Shown: positions 48,798 through 59,372, counted from the first letter of the stretch. The stretch: 64,000 nucleotides of DNA from an uncultured Hormoscilla sp. (GCA_963921275.4 OZ001293.3:1120001-1184000); one strand, 5' to 3'. Numbers and translations are program-made. Notes: generated by a model not told the origin, from the sequence alone.

Positions 48798-49566
48798 TTA
48801 GCGCACGTATGAGGCTCCATTAATATCAATGCTGGTTCCGGTTGCCGAGGGGACTTGTCCGGATAAGAGGAAAATGACCATGGCAGCAACTTCCTCTGGC
48901 TGGGCGATTCGCTGTAGGGGAATACCGGATACAATCTGGGACAGGGGATAGTTTTCGGTAAATGCCCCAGCCATCTCGGTATCGACAAAGCCCGGACAAA
49001 TCGAGTAGGCCAGTATTCCATCGGCAGCGAAGTTTCGAGCAATACTTTTTGTCAGATTGCTCAGTGCTGCTTTCGAGGCCGCATAGTGCATATATTCTGG
49101 CGTGTCGCCGCGATGAGCCGCACGACTGGAGATATTGACAATAACTCCTCCTTGCTTGGACTGGAAATGTGCGATCGCCTGTCGGGAGATCGCACTGACA
49201 GCAATCAGGTTAACCTGAAGAGTTTCGATCCATTTCTCTTCCCAGACTGAGGGATTATCATCTAAGCTGAGTTCGGTCATAATTGCGGCATTATTGACAA
49301 CACCATCAATGGAATATCCCCTGATTGATAGTTTCCTCCACCAGTTCTCGTCCTGCTTGGGGCTTGGATAAATCTTTTTGAATCACAACACAATCGGGTT
49401 TTGCCTTGGATGCCAGTTCTTTGGCTGACTCGATGTGGGAATTGCAATGCAGGATAACTTTTGCTCCGTGGGCGATCAGGCGATCGGCTATCGAGTAGCC
49501 GATTCCTGTTCCTGCACCCGTTACTAGGAATGTCTTTTCTGAAATTGGCAAGTTTACAAGATTCAT
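48798..49566 (-). pseudogene. SDR oxidoreductase, single frameshift near 49320
   Basis: TGAGTGIG in one frame; NNA and YAASK in another. Confidence 0.85.
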
Positions 49567-49597
49567 TTAATTAGGAATTAACCAGACTCACGTTAAC

Positions 49598-49954
49598 TTA
49601 ATTGTTAGAATGCTTATCGTTGAAACATTCTGGCGAAGAAACCACCAATAAATTAAGCTCATCCCTAGATTCATTTTTAATTTGATGTATTGCTCCAGGA
49701 GGTACTAATATGCTGTCGCCACTGTTGAGAATATGTGTTTTTCCTTCAATTAATAGAGATGCTTCGCCCTCCAGTATATAGAAAAAATGTCGGGAAACTT
49801 CGTGGTAATGTTCTACCCCCTTACTTCCCGGTGGCATAATTTCTTCTACGATGCTCAACTCGTCACTTTTTAATAAATGCCATCCATCACAGGCTGTTCC
49901 CTATTTGAAATTCTCAGCAGTCGCTTTATTGACGATCTTTTCTTGATTTGACAT
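49598..49954 (-). pseudogene. Cupin domain protein with an early in-frame TAG
   Basis: HYHEVSRHFFYILEG...VPPGAIHQIKN; FK*GTACDGWH upstream. Confidence 0.75.
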
Positions 49955-50009
49955 AGTTGTTTCCTTTTTAAGTGAAAGAGATTTAAGTTCGATTGACACT
50001 TAGTACCTT

Positions 50010-51772
50010 ACCTAGGTTTTCTTGGCACGGATAAAATACAACTGTTGATATAGAGTTCCATCTTTTTCTATAAAGGGGGATGGTTCTCTTTCTCTATCTG
50101 CTACTTTTTGATAGCTTTGCACAAACTCTCTGTGATAGTTAGCTAGGGGAACATTAACTCTACGGACAACTGCCCAATTTGCATCGCCTCGTTCTTCCCA
50201 GTTAATAAAATAGTCTAAGGATTGTCGCCATCACTTTGAATTCCTTTCCCCCAGTATTTCTCCATTAACCGATAGGTTAGCCTCGGACCATTTTTACTGG
50301 TAGCGATAAACAGAATTTCTCCTTCTGGTGCTAGATAGGAGCTTCCCTCGGCAATGAGAGTATCCATTATCAGTCTACCGCGATCGCCATTGCGGTTCCA
50401 CTCTCCGCCCCGAAATTCGTGGGCAGACTTAAGTCTTGCGTGCAATTGCTCTTCCGTATCAGGGAGTGCTGGAGGATTGAGGTAAACGCGGTCAATTTTA
50501 CCTGGTCGGGGTCGAGCTGGGAATCACTCCCCAACCCTCCAAGAGCGGAACCGGGCTTGCGACTTTCACCGCACCCGGCTACTGGGCAGTAGGGCCTTGT
50601 CATTGGTAGGATTACTGGGGATTACTCCCGTTGTCCCTCATCTCATGTAATTTCTCCCCTTTCCTGGTTGGTAAGTGGCGCTGCCGGATAACCTTTAGTA
50701 TTACCAATTTATCTGAGTCCGTTTCACCAGTTATCCCACCTTCGCATGCTAGGTATTGGGGCGTATTAGGGTTACTTTAGCCCGAGATTTCCTACTGTCA
50801 CCGACCCCTGTTTGCTTATCCCAGGCATTAATTAGGGCTTTTGCTTCTTGGGCCATCCCTCCCACCGTAGCTTGCGCTTCACATCTGACTGGTCTCGGTA
50901 GACAGCACACGATGGGTTACTTCGTTCCCTAGTATCATTTCACGATGCTTTTAGGTTCCTACTATACCCCGGGAGTTCTTTGAGTACGTTATTAGCCAGA
51001 TAGAAGAGCTAATACTAACTACCATTTCCCTTTTTTTTGGGCAAGCGCATAAGCCTTATTCCGCTGGTTCTAGTTAACGAGGTTTACATAGGTTCGCTTG
51101 TTCTAACCATTAGCATCTTTCCTAGCGGCGTCACCGGCTTAGGCTGCCAGTTATCCTACATTTAAGTCCTCGGGAGGCACCACGGCGATGTCGCTCCGTA
51201 GCACCTCCGACCGGTAGTACCCTCGACCCCCGTACCTGGGGAGGGGGAATTGAACCCCCATGATTACCAGAGTTCCTAATTTCTTAGGCTAGCGTTCCGT
51301 GTTTGACTACGTTAGACTAGAACGAATCGCACTCAATCTCTCGATTCCCTTTAACCGCAGCAAAGCTGTTGGACTGGAAACTTTGGAAATCCTTTGGGTT
51401 AAGACCATTCAGTTCCCAATTACGCTGGGCTAGGGAAACAGCATAGGGATTTAGTTCAGTACAAATTACCTTGGCTGCACCGCATTTACCAGCAACTATA
51501 CCGAACATTCCCGATCCCCCAGCAAAATCCATCACCACCTTCCCTGTCAAATCATCAGCAGCTATTAGCTGGCACATGGTCAGAGAAAATAGCGAAGAAG
51601 GTGTCCAGGCATTGGGATGGGTTTCTAGTAATATATCTAAGTCATTACTTAGACTATATTTGACAATTGTACCAGTCTCTAGGGACTGATAGTCAGTGTT
51701 ACTGTCTGCGTCATAGGTAATGATTTGCTTCTGTTCAGAAAATTTTTCTAAATCAAGTTTTGACATGTTCAT
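50010..51772 (-). CDS. SAM-dependent methyltransferase split by intron I13 (exons 51772-51333 and 50503 onward); 3' part has apparent homopolymer frameshifts
   Basis: DFAGGSG motif I in exon 1. The spliced junction reads REIE|GKIDRVYLNPPALP (NPP motif). Confidence 0.82.
50504..51332 (-). mobile_element. ORF-less group II intron I13 (829 nt), sense in the methyltransferase
   Basis: GTGCGATTCG...CTCGACCCCGACC. EBS1 TCTATC vs exon end GATTGA (5/6). Confidence 0.93.
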
Positions 51773-52460
51773 TGATTATAATTGCACTGGATAATTTAGT
51801 TTGGATATAATTTTTTTTGTTTCTTCTCTCCAACATTAATTCAACAATTTTTGCTAACTTTGGATGCATAATAAAGTCTTGTTTTTCTTCATTATTTTGC
51901 TGCTTAATACCTTTTACTTCGCCGCGTTTTATCTTCAGTAAAGCTTCCGTAAATACTTGCCATTTATTGGTGTAGTAATTGCGATCTGTGACTGTTTTTA
52001 TCGTGTCTCCTGCTTGTAACTCCAATTGCCTTCTGACAAGAATTTCCCCCGTGTCTAAACCCTCATCAACTAGATGGGCGCTAACACCTACTGGCCCGCC
52101 TTCCAGAATGGCCCAGCGCCTACTCTCTAAACCGCGATACTGGGGTAAGAAACCTGTATGAATGTTTACTGTAGCAATTTTAGGTATTTCCAGTATTGGT
52201 TTGCGTAAAATATTTAAAACATTGACTGCTAAAACATCTGGTGCAATTGCTTTCATCAAAGTCAGACCTTCATTGCTATTAGGATCGTCAAGAAAATGTA
52301 GGTTGAAGCGATCGTTCTGAGCCTGCTCCCTCAAAAGATCGTATTGTCGATCGTCATTACCTACGATGATAACATCAGCAAATTTCAGAGCCTGGGTTTG
52401 GGCCTGATAAATAATATGAATAGTTATCAGAGGTGGGGTTGATAATAAACAAAATTTCAT
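51753..52460 (-). CDS. Formyltransferase family protein
   Basis: NIHTGFLPQYRG and GVSAHLVDEGLDTGEIL. Confidence 0.85.
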   Translation of the reverse strand: MKFCLLSTPPLITIHIIYQAQTQALKFADVIIVGNDDRQYDLLREQAQNDRFNLHFLDDPNSNEGLTLMKAIAPDVLAVNVLNILRKPILEIPKIATVNIHTGFLPQYRGLESRRWAILEGGPVGVSAHLVDEGLDTGEILVRRQLELQAGDTIKTVTDRNYYTNKWQVFTEALLKIKRGEVKGIKQQNNEEKQDFIMHPKLAKIVELMLERRNKKNYIQTKLSSAIIINEHVKT

Positions 52461-52738
52461 CAGATAATTCCCAATCTCTTTTTCAGGGTTTCTAGGCAAT
52501 CATGTTCGCGTTCTTCAATTTCCCTAAGTTGATTCTCCTTTAGATACTCTTCCCGCAACCTGTCATTCAACTTAAGTGCTGTATTTAAGAAGCGATAATC
52601 ATAACTTTCCATAGCATGATCCATAAAACTGAGTGAAAGCATTTCTGGGATAGAAATGTCTGAATTTTCCCGTCTCCACAACTTTCTTATTTCTACGCTA
52701 CGCATAGATTTTTCCAATTTTTTGGCTTTTTCACTCAT
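52460..52738 (-). CDS. Hypothetical protein (may be a fragment)
   Basis: 92-aa ORF translationally coupled to the formyltransferase. Confidence 0.45.
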   Translation of the reverse strand: MSEKAKKLEKSMRSVEIRKLWRRENSDISIPEMLSLSFMDHAMESYDYRFLNTALKLNDRLREEYLKENQLREIEEREHDCLETLKKRLGII

Positions 52739-52824
52739 TTTTCCCTCATTTTTTGATTTACTTTTCCTCTCTTCTTAAGCTTTACAGATCGCAGCCTTCT
52801 TTGACACTCATGAATGCAAAAAAT

Positions 52825-54336
52825 TTATGTTGCAATAATTTGCTCTGATTTTTTTTCTAACTCTTTACCTTCACTTGCAATTATTTTCTCAAAGTCATTA
52901 AATGAAAACATGCCTTTTTCTAGAGCCAGCCAAAAATATTTTAGTCTGTTTAGGACTTCATCAATGTACTCTTGGCTATTTTTGAATCCTTCTTCTGTTA
53001 GAGCTTGTTGACCCCGCATCAGATTAATCCGTACTCCAAAACCCGGTATTCCCATGGCAGAAGGAATACTGCAATGAAGACCTGTTATCAAACTTAATGT
53101 CTGGCAAAGGTGTTGAGCATCTCGACAATCTTTTTCCGAAAGAAAGGAAGATTCAAAGTTTATAAAATAGTTAATCCCCGCTTCCGGGTTAGCATAGGGA
53201 CGCATCAGTTATGCTCCCAATTCCTGATTGATTTGTGCAATTTTTTTAGTAGCATAATCAAAGTTTTCAAACTGATAATCTACGGAACCACCTCGTTCGA
53301 GGAACTTTTCCATAATCTGTGAGGCAACAAGAGTTTCCAGTTTCGAGAATTGAGAAACAGTATAGAAGCTATTTGAGCCGAAAAAGATGGATAGCTTTTC
53401 TTTCAATGTCTTGCTACCACAAGCGATCGGGGTTATTAGTCCCCAATTGGCCGCCGGAATTTTCTTCCTCATGCTAGTTGTATAGATAGCATTCTTGCGA
53501 ATCTCTGGATATTCATATAGAGAATGAATTTTATCCTCCTTGAATAATCCACCATTATAGGCATCGATTAAGATGACCATTTCAGGATACTTTACGAGTT
53601 CTTGTTCGATCAGAGCGGCAATGTCAGCAAGAGCTTCATCTCTGAAGATAAATCCCAGGGCAGTAGGTTCCTCCCATATAAAAGCTACGGGTACTCTATC
53701 GCTGTTTTGGGCAGCTTCAAAAGCTTCTTTAATCGCAGCTGCAGTTACCGTAAATTTTTCGCCTGTGGATTGGGCATAAATTAATTCACCGCCGAGCAAG
53801 TATGGGAACGAGCCGCCACACTTAAAAGAACCTTCAACTCCGATGACACAAGGCTTTTTATATAAAAGCTTTTTGAAATTTTGAAGATCATTGACCTTAT
53901 CTTGGACCGATCCAAATATTCCATCATGGAACTCTTGATAATGTTTCTGAAATGCAATGCTCAAAGCATAATATATAGCAATCATTGAGCTCCCCGGAAA
54001 CACCAGTACGTCATCAATTTCGACTGGTATTTGCTTTTGTAAAACTTTATAAGCCAACTCTAGCAGTTTTTGCGGTTGATGACCTACTGTTTGGGCTAAC
54101 TCAATTGGGGACAGAGAATATTCCAGGAGATATTCATTAAGTTGTTCTAGATCCTTTTGGATATCTGAAGCTGGCTTAATGTCCCACGCCTCAATCTGTT
54201 GTAGTTGGGAGCTTTCTCCGATTTTTTTGACTAATGGCCTGAAATCTTTAGAATATCTGAAATACTCGCAAAAATTAGCAAAACCTGGATTAATAATCGG
54301 ATCGAATTCAAAACCCCCTCTCAGCATAATCTTCAT
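52825..54336 (-). pseudogene. PLP-dependent class I/II aminotransferase-like gene with an in-frame TAA at 53209-53211
   Basis: IDAY and TTSMRK motifs. The 52825-53205 ORF is in frame and supplies a C-terminal-like domain (PEAGINYF...GFGVRINL). Confidence 0.65.
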
Positions 54337-54448
54337 ACAATTTTTTCTCTATCTTTACAGCTCTTACGCTCTTTCCGCTAATTTCTGTTTACATTCGCTC
54401 CGCCAGGATGGTTGCGGCCATTTCCGATGATTACATTTCCACTTTTAT

Positions 54449-54477
54449 ATTCTATTACCTTTCCCTATTTCTGTCAA
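54449..54477 (-). promoter_or_regulatory. sigma70-type promoter of the NRPS cluster
   Basis: TTGACA-N17-TAGAAT; a degenerate duplicate lies near 54600-54630. Confidence 0.6.
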
Positions 54478-54683
54478 CCCCTCATCTTTTTTTCTTTGTG
54501 ACCACCAGTCCTGAGTTCTGAGGACTTTTCCCGGCGTTGGAACTCCTCTTTCTGAGAGCGGGAGCCTAACTTAGATGTCACCGGCAACCCCATCATCTAT
54601 TTTCTTGCCTTTTCCCTATTTCTGTCAACCCCTCATCTTTTTTTCCTTTCCTTGTCACCACCAGTCACTCTTTAATCCTACTT

Positions 54684-54970
54684 TCAACTGTCGGGCGGAC
54701 AGCAGCAACGGGTGACGATCGATCTCCCGGGCGATCGTGAACCGTCCTGTATTGCTGCTAGCGGACGAACCGACGGGGGCGTTGGACACGAAAACTACCC
54801 AAGAAGTGCTGGACATTTTTACCGAATTAAATGCTAGTGGGATGACAGTAGTGATGGTGACTCACGAACCAGAGGTAGCGCGTCAGACTCAGCGAATTGT
54901 GTGGTTTCGGGATGGTATGGTTTTGCATTCTTATCTGAGGCCAGAGGATTTGCATCAGGCGGTCTCTTGA
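54684..54970 (+). repeat. Duplicate of the ABC ATPase 3' end (copy of 45228-45510)
   Basis: ~285-bp diverged direct repeat ending at the stop codon. Confidence 0.92.
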
Positions 54971-55079
54971 CAAATCATGTCTTGGGGATTATGATAGTAG
55001 AGAAGGTTAGGTGGGCGATCGCCTCTGGTAACATCCAGACCTATGTCAAGATCGTGTAATTATTACCAATAGGAAAGCT

Positions 55080-55307
55080 ATGACAACCCCATTACTCAAG
55101 GAAATCTTGCAGCTAAGTATCCCAGAACGACTAGACTTGATTGAGAGGATATGGGACAGGATCTCTGCTGTTCCTGATGCCATTGAGTTGACAGAGGCAA
55201 AACGGCAAGAACTCAGCGATCGTTTAGAACGATACAGGCAAAATCATGCTTCCGGTTCGACTTGGGATGAAGTTAAGCAAAGAATTTCCCAATCAATAAT
55301 CATGTAA
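55080..55307 (+). CDS. Addiction module component (TIGR02574-like antitoxin)
   Basis: LSIPERLDLIERIWD...ELSDRLE...GSTWDEVK. Confidence 0.8.
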   Translation: MTTPLLKEILQLSIPERLDLIERIWDRISAVPDAIELTEAKRQELSDRLERYRQNHASGSTWDEVKQRISQSIIM

Positions 55308-55347
55308 AACTGATAATCTACGATCCCAAGCAGGAGGAGATTAAGCA

Positions 55348-55682
55348 ATGGATAAAATAGATCGTTATAGACAAGCGATGGAGCAAATTTTGACAGAACA
55401 TGCCGAACTTACGAGTTCAAAAGATTCTGCGGTAAAAGCGCAGTTGATATTCGATCGGGAACGGCACCACTATCAGTTGATTTATGTGGGTTGGCAAGGA
55501 TATAAGCGGGTATTTGGTCCGGTCATGCACTTTGACATTGAAGATGGCAAGATTTGGGTTCAGTATAACTGCACTGAAGATGCTGTTGCTGAAAGGTTAG
55601 TTGAGATGTACCCGCTACCGATATCGTGTTGGGTTTTCATTCTGCTTTTAAGCGTCAGTTTACTCGTTATGCGGTTAGTTAA
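55348..55682 (+). pseudogene. xisI: XisI protein, frameshifted, preceded by a XisH C-terminal remnant
   Basis: LIFDRERHHYQLIYVGW, HFDIEDGKIWVQ and out-of-frame DIVLGFH; upstream KLIIYDPKQEEIKQWIK*. Confidence 0.85.
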
Positions 55683-55691
55683 GGGAAAGGA

Positions 55692-56168
55692 GGCGATCGC
55701 AGTCAGAAGCCCGGGGACAAAAAAGCCGCAGGCGGGGTCTTGACAAAGTAGGCTGACATGGTTAGAATAAACCAAGGTGACCGGTCACCAGTCTGGCAAG
55801 AGGTGGAAATTTAGGTGCTAGCAGGCCCGGAAAGCAGATAGTAAGGGGTGTGGTCATAAGCAGTTGATAGCCGGGTGCATCTCAGATACATGTATATAGT
55901 CCGCGCAGGCGGGCTTTGTCAATGTAGCCGGACCCTTTAGGGCTCCTACCAACGGGTTTTGACCACACCCGATAGTAAGATATAATCGGAACATCAGGCG
56001 ATCGCAGTCAGAAGCCCGGGGACAAAAAAGCCGCAGGCGGGGTCTTGACAAAGTAAGCTGACATAGTTAGAATAAACCAAGGTGACCGGTCACCAGTCTG
56101 GCAAGAGGTGGAAATTTAGGTGTTAGCAGGCCCGGAAAGCAGATAGGTAAGATACGATCGGAACATCA
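55692..56168 (+). promoter_or_regulatory. Tandemly duplicated ~175-bp promoter unit
   Basis: Two copies of TTGACA-N17-TAGAAT (55740-55768 and 56045-56073), each followed by the palindrome GGTGACCGGTCACC. Confidence 0.75.
55846..55970. mobile_element. 125-bp MITE
   Basis: IR GGGTGTGGTCA / TGACCACACCC with a 9-bp TSD GATAGTAAG. Confidence 0.85.
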
Positions 56169-56169
56169 A

Positions 56170-57315
56170 GTGAGCATAGGAGGAAGCATTGTGACAGAAA
56201 AGCCGCAGCTACGAGAAAATCCCCTCGACGAGGATGAGAACGAGGATGAGGATGAACGATACCAAACAGACAGCTTGGAGTATGACCCTGAGAAGATTAA
56301 CATTGCAAGTAGGGAACCTACGATATTTCAAATGCTGAGACGAATTGATGAGGAAGCACTGGACTTAGCACCTGATTTTCAGCGTCATGCAGACCTGTGG
56401 AATAACGAGACGAAAAGCCGACTGATTGAGTCTATCATCATCCGAATTCCTCTGCCAGCCTTCTACATGGATGCTACGAATGAAGAGAAATGGCTAGTTG
56501 TAGATGGGCTGCAACGACTAACTGCCCTAAAACAGTTTGTCAGCGATAAAACACTGAGGTTAACTGGACTAGAGTACCTCAAGGATCTTGAAGGCAAAAC
56601 TTACGATGAAATAAGTCGCAAGTACCAGCGTCGCATTGAGGAAACTCAAGTAACTGTCTATCTGATTGACAAAGGCACACCAGAGCAAGTTAAATTCAAT
56701 ATATTCAAACGTCTTAACACAGGGGGATTGCCTCTATCAAACCAAGAAATCCGCCACGCGATCCACCATGGAAAGGCAATAAAATTGCTGGAAAGTCTAG
56801 CTAAGTCTGAAGAATTTAGACAAGCAACTAAGCTGAGCTATAAGAGAAAAAGCAGGATGGACGACAGAGAATTCGTACTGGGTTTCTTGGCGTTTCAACT
56901 TACTTCTTACAAAGATTGTCAAGATGGCAAAAGAGATGCTTTTTTAAATGAGACTATGGGTAAGATAAATAAACTTGATGATGCTGAAATTAATAGTTTA
57001 GAGAACAAATTTAGAAAAGCGATGACTGATGCAATAGAGATATTTTGCGACCATGCATTTCGTAAAATTTATAAGAAAAATAGGAAGAAACAACCGGTAA
57101 ATAAAGCGATGTTTGAAGGCTGGTCAGTGCTCATTAGTAATCTCAGCAATATAGAGCTGAAACGGTTGAAAGAACGCAATCAATTATTAATTGATAAATT
57201 TAGCGATCGCCTAGAAACAGATAAGACATTTGAGCATTCGGTATCCCAGGCAGCTAAAGATATAAAGTATCGATTTGAAACCATTAAGGGATTAATCCAG
57301 GAAGTGCTTTCATGA
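56170..57315 (+). CDS. DUF262 (ParB-like) protein, Menshen NsnA-like
   Basis: PDFQR, SRLIESI..RIPLP, VVDGLQRL and IFKRLNTGG. Confidence 0.88.
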   Translation: MSIGGSIVTEKPQLRENPLDEDENEDEDERYQTDSLEYDPEKINIASREPTIFQMLRRIDEEALDLAPDFQRHADLWNNETKSRLIESIIIRIPLPAFYMDATNEEKWLVVDGLQRLTALKQFVSDKTLRLTGLEYLKDLEGKTYDEISRKYQRRIEETQVTVYLIDKGTPEQVKFNIFKRLNTGGLPLSNQEIRHAIHHGKAIKLLESLAKSEEFRQATKLSYKRKSRMDDREFVLGFLAFQLTSYKDCQDGKRDAFLNETMGKINKLDDAEINSLENKFRKAMTDAIEIFCDHAFRKIYKKNRKKQPVNKAMFEGWSVLISNLSNIELKRLKERNQLLIDKFSDRLETDKTFEHSVSQAAKDIKYRFETIKGLIQEVLS

Positions 57316-58406
57316 TTAACTCACTGCGCTTACAAAACTTCAAACCTTTTCAGGAACAGTACCTACATTTCAGGCCACTCACCCTGTTGTCTGGTCTCAA
57401 TAGTAGTGGCAAATCTTCCGTACTGCAAGCACTTCTGTTGCTGCGTCAATCTTACCAACAAGGCTTATTACTTGAGAAAGGTTTGGCGCTGAAGGGCGAT
57501 TTGGTTTGTATTGGGACGGCTCAAGATGCCCTGTTCGAGGGAGCAGAAGAGGACTCGATTAGTTTTGATATTGTCTGGGAAAATGGTACGAAGGGGACGT
57601 GGCACTTCGACTACGATCGAGAAGTAGATGTGTTGGCTCTTGCCTCATCACCAGTTACAAATGTAGTCTATCAATCGAGTCTTTTCAGCAACAAATTTCA
57701 CTACATAATGGCAGAACGTATCGGTCCCCGTCTATTCTTCGAGATGTCAAATTTCCAGGTGCGACAGCAGGGACAACTAGGAAGTAAAGGTGAATATACC
57801 GCCCACTTCCTGAAAATTAATGGAGGTAAAGTAATTCCCAACAGTAGAGTGAGCCATCCAGAGGCAAAATCCCAGGATTTGATCCACCAAGTCGAGGCAT
57901 GGATGGGAGAAGTCAGTCCTGGAACGCGCATCAAAATTGACCCGAAATTAGATGTAGATCTGATGAGTTTCCAATACTCCTATGGAGACAGCAACCCCTA
58001 CCGGGCTACCAATGTTGGGTTTGGCATTACCTACACCTTACCAGTTATTGTCGCAGCGTTGGCATCAGAACCAGGTACATTAATCCTCATGGAAAACCCC
58101 GAAGCTCATCTCCATCCCAAAGGTCAAGCCAAAATTGGCGAGTTGTTGGCCCTTGCTGCTAGCTGCGGTGTTCAGGTGGTAATAGAAACTCATAGCGACC
58201 ACGTGTTAAATGGAATTCGTGTTGCCGTTCATGGGGGTAAGGTTAAGCCTGATGATGTCCAGTTGCACTACTTCCAACGTCAAGTGAAAGACAGACAAGC
58301 TGTCAGTGAGGTAATATCTCCCCGGATAGATCGCAACGGACGCATCGACCAATGGCCAGATGGCTTCTTCGACGAGTGGAGAAAGCGTTTAGCAGCATTA
58401 ATATAA
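57312..58406 (+). CDS. ABC/AAA ATPase with C-terminal DUF3696, Menshen NsnB-like
   Basis: GLNSSGKS, NVGFG, ENPEAHLHPKGQ, ETHSDH and WPDGFFD. Confidence 0.88.
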   Translation: MINSLRLQNFKPFQEQYLHFRPLTLLSGLNSSGKSSVLQALLLLRQSYQQGLLLEKGLALKGDLVCIGTAQDALFEGAEEDSISFDIVWENGTKGTWHFDYDREVDVLALASSPVTNVVYQSSLFSNKFHYIMAERIGPRLFFEMSNFQVRQQGQLGSKGEYTAHFLKINGGKVIPNSRVSHPEAKSQDLIHQVEAWMGEVSPGTRIKIDPKLDVDLMSFQYSYGDSNPYRATNVGFGITYTLPVIVAALASEPGTLILMENPEAHLHPKGQAKIGELLALAASCGVQVVIETHSDHVLNGIRVAVHGGKVKPDDVQLHYFQRQVKDRQAVSEVISPRIDRNGRIDQWPDGFFDEWRKRLAALI

Positions 58407-58424
58407 CGGAGGGAAGAATAACAA

Positions 58425-59372
58425 GTGGATGTAGATATGGTGTTGAATCACCTTTCTCTGGTGACTCCTGTTGCTGAAGAGCGAATTGCACGAGAACTAA
58501 TGTCTGAGCTGATTCGCACTATGAAGACAGCGGTGAACTTGGGTGTAAAAATACTTCGGACTCAAGACAATATTTTTTATCTCATCCTTGCCCAGGATTA
58601 TCCTGTGGCTCGCTGGCTTAATGATAATCAGGTGTCTCAAGACGATCGGGATTTTTTACTAACTCTGTCAATCCAAACTCCTCCGATCGCCGATATTATC
58701 GATCCAGAGCTTGAAAACAGAGTCGGTTTGTCTGAGTTTAGGTATCAGGGAGCGCTCGCGACAGAACTGGGAATTGCTTATCTACTTGACGCACTCGCAA
58801 TGAGCTTACTCTCGGAACCTAGATGGGATTGCAGTCACTTAGAATTGGAAATAGAACGACTAGAAGATGATGAATTAATCGATGATCGCGCAGAAATTCT
58901 CCACGCCAGTCGCAGCATTCACGTACAGGAACACGCAGATTGGATAAAAAAACGTATCCGCACAGATGTACGTGATGGGTCCGATCTGTGGAATCGTAGA
59001 GATGAGTTATTTCCTCACTTAGAATTCTGCGATCGGGTTTGCGAACAAATGCAGGATCTGAGAACTGGTAACCCGATGCTAGGACAGGTTGTCACACGGT
59101 TATTTGAACTTGAGGAATACTGCCAGAATTGGACATCGGGATCTTTTAATTCAGACAATCTTCCGAGGGCGTCCCCCGAGAGCGAAATAACGCTCCAACA
59201 GTTCGGAAAGGAACATACTTTTAGATGTCCCGATGGGGCAGAACGTATTTTTAGTTGGCATCTGCGGATTACCAAAAGTTGGCGGCTTCATTTCTCGATC
59301 GCATTAGGACCGGGAAAGATAATCATCGGGCACATTGGTCCTCATCTCCCCACAGATAAATATCCTACCTAA
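58425..59372 (+). CDS. Putative effector with RelE-like C-terminus, Menshen NsnC-like
   Basis: C-terminal WHLR..WRLHF...IIIGHIGPHLPT; third gene of the operon. Confidence 0.65.
   Translation: MDVDMVLNHLSLVTPVAEERIARELMSELIRTMKTAVNLGVKILRTQDNIFYLILAQDYPVARWLNDNQVSQDDRDFLLTLSIQTPPIADIIDPELENRVGLSEFRYQGALATELGIAYLLDALAMSLLSEPRWDCSHLELEIERLEDDELIDDRAEILHASRSIHVQEHADWIKKRIRTDVRDGSDLWNRRDELFPHLEFCDRVCEQMQDLRTGNPMLGQVVTRLFELEEYCQNWTSGSFNSDNLPRASPESEITLQQFGKEHTFRCPDGAERIFSWHLRITKSWRLHFSIALGPGKIIIGHIGPHLPTDKYPT

Noticed and set aside
45228..54970. ABC ATPase repeat pair as DGR TR/VR
   Set aside because: Substitutions involve all bases, mostly at third codon positions.
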